A DNA stretch of 40,624 bases from Thelocarpon superellum (lineage: Eukaryota): contig JAPEUG010000125.1 in assembly GCA_026025795.1 (NCBI GenBank), positions 1 to 40,624 on the forward strand, given 5' to 3'. The position numbers and the translations under genes are program-made. This document shows, piece after piece, positions 31,196 through 40,624 of this stretch; positions within the stretch are counted from its first letter, which is position 1; each line of letters opens with the position of its first letter. The notes beneath the pieces are model-generated. The model did not search any database. It was not told where the DNA came from and was given only the letters and a program-made list of their open reading frames with translations.

Positions 31196-32629
31196 GCCAG
31201 CTCATGGGTTTGGTCCGGGTCGGGTCCGTGGAGTTATTGTATTGCTGCGATGGTGCACGGGCAGATCGTATTTCTATATTCGCCACTGGGGCGCGAGACA
31301 CCATGTATCTACGCTCCAACCTCAAGGGCAGATTTCATCAAAGCTCGAATCCATCAACGGATACTCCAAGGCGCCATCTGCATCAATCCTCACAATTTGG
31401 CCGCATCGCCAGCGCCCGGTGCCGATCGGGTGTTCCAGGCGTATCCATGCGCGACAGGCGTCCGGTCGGCCGCTTTAGGTTCCGTCCCCAGCGACGAGCA
31501 GGGTACCTTTCGCAGACGTTGCGTAAAAAAGACAGGATGTCTGATGGCAGGGTCATAGGGCTGAGATGGCACTTGGTTGTGGCCTGTGGAGGTCATCTTG
31601 GCCGCTGGATTCGCGGATGATTGGGTGCCCGTGAACGTTCGAATCTGCTGAAGCGAGGGAGGATGAGGCATCGGGGGAGCTGAAGCCTATAGTCGAGGTT
31701 AGCATGGCTCTGACCCATTCGGCGCCACCGCTCCTGTGGGCGGAAGCAGGGATCGTGAGCTCGCACCTTGGCTCGAGATGGCTGGAGCGCTGGAATCATG
31801 TTGCTGCGGAGGCACGGTCTGACGTGGCCCATGCGGCGTCCGAGAGGATAGGAAGGCTCGACGTTGATGCAGGCGGATTCCGTCCTGGACACTTCGATGC
31901 GGTATCCTCCCAGGGACACTTTGTCGGAAGCTGGAGGTGTACGCGTGGATGCACAGCCCGGATAGCCAGGAGGTGGTTCATGCCTTCCAGATGGTTGGCT
32001 GAGGACCGTCGTTCTCGTCGCTTGCTTGAGCCTCGGTTATGCTGTCCCCTCGACGTCATATATCACTTGATCGCGTCCGAAGGCAGAAGATGGACCGATA
32101 AGAAGACTCCCTCTCCAGAGGACACGAAATAGAATGACTGACTTGTAGGGCGATGATCACATGGCGAGGCTGAAACTTGTCGGCGCGAAATGTTGACTAC
32201 GTATTTCTGATTCAAGTCTATTTGCCCTCATTCTACGTGCAGCTTGAGCTGGAGTAGGCTATGGCTTGGCGACGCAATGAATTTTATGCCAATCGCTCTC
32301 TCGTGGAGCAGAGGTCTACCAGCCGTTCGTTCCATGGACAATGATTCTAGTAGAAACGGGTCCCCTAAGTGGCTCTCGAAGAGAATCATGTACGAAGTGC
32401 CACGTGGTTAAAGACATCATGATCTGATTTCACGGGAGCATCACCAGGGCGCCGAGAGGCTTTGTCGCCCTAGCCAGATGCGGTCTTGGCGCGCTCGCCG
32501 TCGGAATCGGCCGCGTGAAGTTCGTGTAAAGCGGCGTCCCAGAACTTTGTGGACGATGATGTGCGTCAGTATCACGGAAAGCTCTCTTCTTTGTCTCGTG
32601 CGTGGTCCTTGCAAGTGTGCGTCCTGGCA

Positions 32630-34866
32630 ATGCGACGGTCTTCTCTACGTTCCTTCTCCCAGTCACACGCGGTCTGTTATCCTCGCGCCTCCAAGTTTCT
32701 TCAGCCCGCCGTTGTACAAATCGTTGATGCGACCTTTCATCGTCAACACCCGTCCCTGCCGGCGGAGTCGAATCCGCCGCTATTTCCACATCTTCACTTT
32801 ACCCTACCAGCATTTTCGCCAAAGCCACAGCATTGGTCCATCATCGGTCCCTCTCTCGCGGGAAAGACCACCTTTCTTCAGATCCTGCGAGGCCAGTATC
32901 TATGCTCTCCCCCAGACGCACGAACGTATCCCTACCTGTCGACGGAGCAGATCGTGCGCAAAGACCCTCGGCGTCAATCACCCACCCACGCCATCCAGTA
33001 TGTGGGCTTCGCAGATGAGCGTGGTGGTCCGCGTGGATCCGCGACGAAGGCGGCCTATCTGAGTGCGCGCTACGAAAGCCGCCGCGAGGAGGTTGACCAT
33101 TCCCTCCGCGATTACCTCCTCGGCGAAACGTCGCTCAACGCACTGGATGGTCCGGCCCATCCCTCCCGAGATCATGAGCACCTTGGTGTGGTGGCCAAAG
33201 ATTTGAGGCTGCAACAGCTGCTGGACTTTCCTGTGGGAAATCTGAGCAACGGGCAATCTCGACGAGCTAGAATTGCCCGGGCGCTGCTGAGGAAACCTGA
33301 GCTACTCCTACTGGATGAACCCTTCAGTATGTCTTCTACCTCGGCAGGCTACACATGATCGACGCTGATCTGTCCTTGCACCTGAAAGTGGGCCTGGACC
33401 CGCCGACGCTTGCCTCGTTGTCCCCCTTGTTGCACCAACTCGCGGCGGCCCATGCGCCTCGATTAGTGCTAGCCCTTCGTCCGCAAGACCCGATTCCCGA
33501 CTGGATCTCGCACGTGCTCTGGCTGGGTCCAGACCTGACGGTGGCCTATCAAGGGCGAAAACGAGATGTGCTCCGGGACGTCCGGCTGAGTGTGCGGGCG
33601 GAGACTGCGGGCGACGCGGACACACCGCGTGCACTGGTCAAGTCGGTGCATGAGATCGGACGTATCTTGACCGCTGACGGCATCCTGGAAGCAAAATCGC
33701 CGTCGGAATACAGCGCGAAGACGCGAGCGCCACGTGCGCCGACGCCGGTGCACCAAGTCGGCGAGGTGCTGGTGGAGATGGAGGGCGTACAGGTCGCATA
33801 TGGCGATCGGAAAGTACTGGGGGATTGGGAGGAGGCTGTGGATGGCCAGCTTCGCCGGGGCCTGTGGTTCAGCGTGCGGCGTGGTGACCGCTGGGCCATC
33901 GTTGGGCCTAACGGTACGTCCGGCTCATGACTCGGGATCCAAGGCTCGGTTGATTGACTCTGGACGCCAGGCTCCGGCAAGACAACCATCCTCTCGCTCA
34001 TCTGCTCCGATCACCCTCAGGCCTACAGCCTTCCCATCCGGCACTTTGGGCGCTCGCGCTTACCGACCCCAGGCTCGCCGGGAATCTCCATCTTTGACAT
34101 CCAGGCCCGCATCGGGCATTCATCTCCCGAGGTGCACGCCTTCTTCCCGCGCGACCTGAGCGTGCGGCAGACCATTGAAAATGCGTGGGCCGACACGTTT
34201 CGGGGCCGCGCTCGGCTCAGCCATGATCGTGATCGTGCGGTGGATGCATGTCTCAGCTGGTTCCACCGAGAATTGAACCCGGCCTTCCTCCCAGCTCACG
34301 AAGGGGTCGATGCGCCGTCCCAAGGATCGGAGACGCACCTGAAGGGCGCGCTGGCGCGATGGCGGCGGCTTCATCTCGTCACATCGCCGCCTTGCGACGA
34401 CGAGCCACCGGAGCACGACTGGGCAGACGATCTCCGCTTCGGCGAGCTATCCTTCTCGGCGCAACGCCTAGCTCTTTTCTTGCGAGCCATCGTGAAGAAG
34501 CCGGAGATTGTCATCTTGGACGAGGCCTTCTCCGGCATGGACGACGGTCTCCGGGACAAGTGCATGCTGTTTCTCGAGCATGGCGAGAGCCGCCGCTTCC
34601 GATATGAGGGGGCGACGTCGAGGAAAGCGGGCCGGCAAGGCATCGTCGAGACGACGCGGTCACGGCAGGGCCAGGTCCGGATAGACGGGCTCAGCGACGA
34701 GCAGGCATTGCTCTGCGTGAGCCACGTGCGTGAGGAGGTCCCGGGCGTCGTGCGCGACTGGCTCTGCTTACCGGACGCCCACGAGGGCACGCCGGCACGA
34801 TTTGGGCGGCTCGACCGGCCCTTGAGCCAGGATCGCGAACAGTGGAAGGAGATCTGGGGTCTGTAA
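32630..34866 (+). CDS. Soluble dual-NBD ABC ATPase, ModF/YDR061W-like, probable mitochondrial presequence, ~705 aa, 3 exons
   Basis: Exons 32630-33326, 33389-33913 and 33971-34866 total 706 codons. NBD1 GPSLAGKTT, LSNGQ, LLLLDEPFMGLD; NBD2 GPNGSGKTT, LSFSAQR, VILDEAFSGMD, CVSH. No transmembrane domain. Arg/Ser-rich N-terminus MRRSSLRSFSQS. Confidence 0.88.
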
Positions 34867-35580
34867 ATACGACTCTCTCCCTACGTGCATCGCACGCGTA
34901 AACCCGCTTGGCGGATGAGCATTTGAGCGGCCATGATCGTGTAGACGGCTGAATTCCTGCGACTCTGGATGTGGTTGAATGCGAGAGTAACGGGGTACTA
35001 CCTTATCTGAGACGGGTCATAATCATCGTGGTGCGTCCCGTGGGGTGGATGGGTCGGATGGGTCGGACAGGATGGGTTGGACCCGGGCGGGCCGCGTCTG
35101 CGACTCTGACTGACATCACTTGGCTCGCCGAGCCCGCCAACGGCGATGTTCACAATTAACGTTACACCCCAACGCCACGATCGAAGAATAGACACTGATT
35201 GTGCTTGGAGGCACCCCATACCACTGTCAATCTCTAAGGGTACTCTAGACTGCCCAGTCAGCAGATTTGGGGGCCCCCAGTAGCTGTGCTCCTGTGCTGG
35301 TGATGAGTATAGGTAGTTTGTGCCGCCATAGAGTGCGCAGGCTAGTGTCCACCAGTGCTCAGGCCCACGACGCCATCAACACCTCGTGCGTGTCGGCCCT
35401 GGCATGAGCCCCGGCTTCACTCGGACCTGAGACATGGCATCTATGACCATTGCTCCCTCCTCGCTCATTCACTGATCGTGGCTCGTCTGAACATCCCCCA
35501 TGTAGCCAGGCCCCTCGGTCGCTCGGGAGTCCGGCACCACCCACCCAGGGCGCTCACAGGTACTTCCTTACAGGTGCATC

Positions 35581-38500
35581 ATGGACTTCACCAAACATGC
35601 CATGTCAGATCGCGCCTCCGAGACGGCCGCGCTCTCGGCGGTAGGCACCGCCGCGGTTCCGTACCTGTCCTCTACCCTGGACAGCCTCAAGTGGACGGCG
35701 AGCAATGCCACGGCTTATCTCAATCCCTCGCCCATGGACCTGCTCTTGGCCCTCCCCCGCATCGCCCACCGCGCCGGCACCTTTACCTTTTTTACCCTGC
35801 CTGAGCATATAGACAGCCTCCTGAGCAACCGCTATGGTCGCAGCATGATCCCCGAGGCCACGGGCGATACCATCCGAAACCTGGCCACGACCGCTGGGGC
35901 CTCGATGGTGCAGGTCCACGACGCAAGCGGCGCCATGGCCGGTGCGACGGCAGCCACGACGAACGCAGGGACCTTCAGCGGCGTCGATAACGCCATGGGA
36001 TTCAATAGCGTGCGGGGCTTTGGCGGCATCGTGAGCTACTTGACCAGCAAATGGGCCCTGGCCTGCTTCACCATGGTATGGCTGTCTCGCAAGACCCAAA
36101 CGTCGTCGGAAAGCGCGTGGTGCTGACTACCTCGACGACAGGCCATCATCCTCAATCGGACCCAGGTCTACGCCTCCGCCCGCCGTCACATCCGCCTGGC
36201 ATGGACGGCGCGCCTCGTGTTGCGACTCGTCCCCATCCTCCTCTTCCTCTACCAAGCCTCACGACTGGTCCAAGCGACTCGATGTCAGACCTCGCCCACC
36301 TACCCCACCCTCCGATACGCGAAGCCCAATCTACGTTACCAGCATGACTTTGCCGGCGCCGGTGGACTCCTCCACGGCCTGACGTCCCGTCTCCTGTTTT
36401 GGCAGAGCGACGAGGAGACTTGTCGGGCTGTGGGCATGATCCCGTCTTCCGCTGACGTGACGAAGACGGGGGATATTCCGATGCTCCGAGGCTCGCTGTC
36501 CTTCATGTGGCCGCTCTTTCAGGCACTGTGCTTCGGGCAATTCGTGGAGACGATGTCGTGTGCCGTGCAGGGTCGGATGGTGATGGCGGAGACGGGCATG
36601 ACGCTGCTGGAGCACTCGTTAGCCTTCGCCGAGGCCGAGGCGATGGTGAGCAATCAGCTTGGGTGGGGACCGTTTGGCTTTCCCCGACCGGAGGCGGAGG
36701 GGTTTCGCGACGCTTTCGAGGGTCATCCGCTGCCCCCAGGCACGTTGGTCACGAAGACGCTGGTGCTGAACCGGCTGAACACGCCACCCGAGCTGCTGCT
36801 CATCGGCCTCATCTCGACCATGAGCCATCTGACCAGTCACGTTCTCGCCGTCTTCGGCCTGCAAGGACGCTTCCGCTTGGTGAGCACGGGATTCTGGGGC
36901 TTGTGCTTCATGGCCGTCTTCCTCGGCAGCATGCTCACCTTCCACCCCGGCCCGAGCGGCGACGTCGACCTGTTGCGCTTCCCCACCGTCTGCATCGTGG
37001 GCTACATTCCCCACCTGCTCATCATGATGGGCATTCTGACCTGTGCCGGCATCTATCTCCTCGCCCTCCTGTTGACGGCCACGGCACCACCGGGTCCGCA
37101 CCGGCCGCGCTCGCTCAAGGAGCGCTTCGTGATGGCGCAGCAGAATCTCCAAGCCAACATCCAGCTCTCCCGCATCCGCATCAGCATGCATGAAGACTTT
37201 TACACCTGTCTGCTCAAGGTCGGCTTCACCGCGCTGACGGCGGCGAGCGAGGCTGTCTTCCTGAATGAGGGACGGCCCGTGCGCGTCCGCCATTGGACCT
37301 GGCTGGAAGAGGAACGGATGCGCGAGATCGAAGCGGCACGCCATGTGCGGCGCGCTGGCGCCACGCGAGGGTCGGAAGGTGGAGGTACGGATGGAACGCT
37401 GCTGGTGGCGGATGGAGTGGGCTTCGCGGAGATGGGTGACGAGGGAATGAATGGGAGGGTGTGGGCGAGTGGCTATGGTCGCGAGCGCACGACGGAAAAG
37501 CTGGCGGCGGGATCGTCCCACCGGACACGCGGGCAGGGTGATGGAGTGGGTGCGGCGGAACGAAGCAGCCGATGGGTCATGGCCTGGGACCTCTTCCGGG
37601 GCATCTTCTGGCTGGTCACGGGTGCCAGCGCGTTGGTTGTGGTCAAACTCCTCGAGTCGGTCGGCGTCATGAACAAGCCGCAGTGGCTGCGAAAGCTTGC
37701 TCGCCGCGAGAAGGCCGGATCCGAGCCGCCTGCCCCGGCGGACGCGTCGGAGCGGACGTCCTTGGAGTTTTGGTTGCTCTCGGACGATGGCGTGCTCCGC
37801 CTGCCCAACACTACCGAGGTGGATGTGGAGCTGGAGATGCGAAAGCGCGCGATTGGAAGCGGGGGTAATGCCGAAGCCGATGAGGAAGAGCTCGATCAGA
37901 ATCTGTATGGATGGTGGAAGCAGGGGGGGTGGTTTGGTGAGCTCGACGGCAGCGGGACCTTCGTCCCGCCCGAGCAGGATGACGACACGACGAGTCTTGT
38001 GTCCCAGACCACCGTCACGACCGACGACGGATGGGAGTCCGACGAGCCGGGCGCGGACGGCCGCACGACACCAACCCCTGAGGATCCTTTTCCCCGCGAA
38101 CGCGCCGCGAGCCCCCTCGCGGCCGACGAATCCACCGTGGACGTGGCTCACCTGGCGCGCCTCCTTGACCCGCGTAACGCGCACGACCGACACGAAGCAC
38201 AGCTACTCTCGCATCACCTCACCAGCCCGCAGATCCTTACGCGCTCTCGCTTCCGACGATCGGTGGAGCAGCAACGGGCGCAAGTCTTGACGTCCACCCG
38301 CTACCGTCCCTCGGGCCGCGCGGCCGGCGCGATGCCACTCCCCCCGGCCAAGCCGACCGCCGCCGAAGAAGCCGAGATGCTCGAACACCTCCTCCTCTCC
38401 CGACGCGAGAGCCAGCCGCTCTCCGCGCCGACTTCTGGCCCCGACGAGACCTGGTCCTCGGGCGCGGACGGGCTCGGCGCGGGCGGACCGCAGTGCGTGG

Positions 38501-38655
38501 TATGTCAGAGCAACCCGCGTACCATCCTCGTCTGGCCCTGCCGATGCCTTAGTCTGTGCGAGGACTGTCGCGTCTCGCTCGCGATGAACAATTTCGGCGC
38601 GTGTGTCTGCTGTCGTCGCGATGTCATTGGCTTCTCGAGGATCTTCGTGCCGTGA
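35581..38655 (+). CDS. ASI3: Asi1/Asi3-type multi-pass membrane RING E3 ubiquitin ligase, ~1002 aa, 2 exons
   Basis: Exons 35581-36075 and 36142-38655. Motifs SYLTSKWALACFTM|AIILNRT, GMTLLEHSLAFAEAE, LLRFPTVCIVG; several TM helices; C-terminal RING CVVC..PRTILVWPCRCLSLCEDCR..CVCCRR. Confidence 0.88.
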
Positions 38656-38818
38656 CGGAGGGAGTGCAATGTCGAATCATACGGGGGAGGGCATGGGTAG
38701 CATCCGCGGAGACGCGGAAGTCAGAAATATACAGCTCATGGAGCCATGGGGCCAAAGGAGTGCAGGTTGGGATGCTTGGGCGGGAGGCGTCCGTCTACAA
38801 GTTTTCTGACCTTGTTTC

Positions 38819-38821
<3 letters not shown>

Positions 38822-38861
<40 letters not shown>
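38822..38861. repeat. (GT)20 microsatellite between the convergent ASI3 and rki1 3' ends
   Basis: Read directly. Confidence 0.97.
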
Positions 38862-38864
<3 letters not shown>

Positions 38865-38943
38865 GTACGAGGTAGCCTATCCTATCTTGTCCCATCCATA
38901 GATTGAATGATTCAGTGGTTCGTTGGTGCTTTTGTTCAGCATG

Positions 38944-38963
38944 AGACCAGACCAGACCAGACC
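38944..38963. repeat. (GACCA)4 pentamer repeat
   Basis: Read directly. Confidence 0.85.
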
Positions 38964-39081
38964 AGAGGAAGCCATTTCCCCGCTCCTTCTGTATTCCCCT
39001 TCGAAGAACATGTCTCTCCTGTCCCACACCGTTCCTCCACCCAACTCTTTCACCCCGCTGTGTAGTGTTTGTAGCGTTGCT

Positions 39082-40303
39082 CTACACCGTACTCCCTACC
39101 GTACCCTCACCCTTCCTCTCCCTTTTCTTGGCAGTATGCACGACGACGTCGCCGCCGCGCTCGAGCCCGAAATAAGCAGCCACTGGTCTCTGGCCGCCGC
39201 CTTCCTCGCCGTCTGCCTCGACCTCCGGCCCGGTACGACCGCAGAAAATGCCCGTCTCGACTACGCCGACGATCTCCTTCAAGCGGCGCGCCAACGCTTC
39301 GACCTCCCATTGGGGCGGCGTGGTGAGGGTCGAGGCCGCGGAGGGGTCGAAGGCCGGTGTAGGGTCGGATGAGAGCAGGAGGGGCGGGAAGGGCGCGTCG
39401 ATGATGAAGTTGCCGTTGTCCGTCACGATCGGCCCCGCCTTGGCGGACCCGCCGAGCCGGAGGAAGGGCGTGGGTGATCCGAGCGTCTTGAGCGTGCGCA
39501 GCACGTTGGGCGCTGCAGGTGGTATGATTTCGATCGGCACCGTGGGCCACTTGCTCAGGAGGCGTTTCTGGAACTTCCGGTGATCTGGTCGTGAGAAAGT
39601 CAGTCGCGGTCGGAATGGCCTAGCGTGTGGATGAGGGTGGTGGGGGAGGTGGTGGGGGTGATGGAGACCCACCCGCGACGCAGATGAACTTCCTCGCGCT
39701 GGTGGCCACCAGTTTCTCCTGAAAGAGACAGGCTCCGCCGCCCTTGATGCAGTTGAGGTCCTCGTCGACCTCGTCGGCCCCGTCAAAGACCACGTCTAGC
39801 ATGACGCGCTCGCCCTTCAGGCCCATGTCATGTTGGCCCGTAGCGATTCGCACGGCGTCTTCGCTCTTTCGCGGGTGGATGATGGAGGTGGGCACCAGCG
39901 AATCGATGCCGGCGAGCGGAAGACCGGCTTCGACGATCAGTTCGCGCGACTGGAATCCCGTCGGCACGAAGCAGATGCTGGACGTCACGGCCGGCCCCAT
40001 GGCTGCAATCGCTTCCACCACGTACACCACCGTCGACCCCGACCCAATGCCGACGTATGTGGCATCGCGGGGGAAATGATCTTCTACCGCTCGGTATGCG
40101 GCTTGACGTTTCGCATGCTCAATGGGAGACAGCTCTATCATGGGGGGCGTAGTCATCCTGACGTGGGAGGCGTGGCGAATCGAGGTCCTGGCACGGCAGA
40201 GTCTAGGTTGGGAGGGCCTTGGGGCGGGCGATACAGGAAGAGGGGGTCGGAGCAATGGGGATGCAGGGCGTCTGATGGATATGACTCTCACTCCAAACAG
40301 CAT
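39082..40303 (-). CDS. rki1: Ribose-5-phosphate isomerase A, 2 exons (~377 aa from ATG 40303; ~328 aa from ATG 40156)
   Basis: Exons 40303-39673 and 39584-39082. RpiA motifs [72 protein letters not shown]. The ORF-track start at 40321 is GTG. Confidence 0.95.
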
Positions 40304-40624
40304 CGAAGGTGCCACTTTCACCCAGGGAAATGGTCGGCTTAAAGGGCCAAGGAACCTTCCCCCTTCCTGCTCACATCAGCTGATGGTCGATGGAGGTCAA
40401 TTGGTGCGACCATCTGTCGTGTCACGATTGGTGACACCGTTCTGGTCCGACCGTCGCGCAACGATCATTTCCCGGCATACGGTATGGTGCAACTAATTCG
40501 TCCGGATTATAGGGACGAGTGCCACTTCGATGAGTTGGGTGAACTCATACTCCTCCTGCTCCCACTCCGTCCGGGAAACGGGACTAGATTACGTAGGGTG
40601 GGGGTGACCGACCCGTAGTGGAGT

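Noticed and set aside
31580..31660. GTTCGAATC tRNA T-loop/B-box-like motif (also ~2696)
   Set aside because: The flanks do not form a T-stem or cloverleaf.
31196..32600. ORFs between NYV1 and the ABC gene, including the tail of 31045-31620 and 31704-32132
   Set aside because: 31045-31620 is NYV1 exon 3 read through its intron. The others lack motifs and I could not build a spliced gene on either strand.
35042..35091. GGATGGGTC repeats with G-runs (G4-like)
   Set aside because: Short degenerate repeat in GC-rich intergenic DNA with no evidence of function.
1..40624. CRISPR arrays, transposons, rRNA/snRNA, TPP riboswitch, secondary-metabolite cluster
   Set aside because: No spaced direct repeats, terminal repeats, transposase or RT motifs, RIP-like AT-rich blocks or recognisable RNA family signatures were seen. 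The genes are functionally unrelated housekeeping neighbours.

Overview
GC-rich, intron-containing eukaryotic DNA from a filamentous ascomycete (Pezizomycotina-type 45-90 nt introns with CTRAC/CTGAT branch sites). It is an ordinary gene-dense region with ten protein-coding genes, each spliced by hand into a continuous reading frame. In order: tap42 (-), Dicer-like dcl1 (+, 14 exons), multifunctional pyrimidine gene ura2/pyrABCN (-), a Yvc1-like TRP-type channel (-), a PTH11-like rhodopsin-domain membrane protein (-), an uncharacterised 894-aa protein (-), a VAMP7/Nyv1 longin R-SNARE (+), a soluble ModF/YDR061W-like ABC ATPase (+), an Asi1/Asi3-type RING E3 ligase (+) and ribose-5-phosphate isomerase rki1 (-). 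Several microsatellites are present. I found no supportable tRNA, rRNA, transposon or CRISPR array, and no clearly new multi-gene system. The best leads are cis-acting signals: a 15-codon uORF whose stop overlaps the ura2 start codon (AUGA); an obligatory GC-AG intron splitting the Dicer Walker A motif; a cryptic donor that could remove the Dicer dsRBD; a UUU-UGA shifty-stop followed by a 99-codon +1 frame; and a possible mitochondrial presequence on Rki1. Splice models and family calls rest on motif recognition only; no database searches were run.
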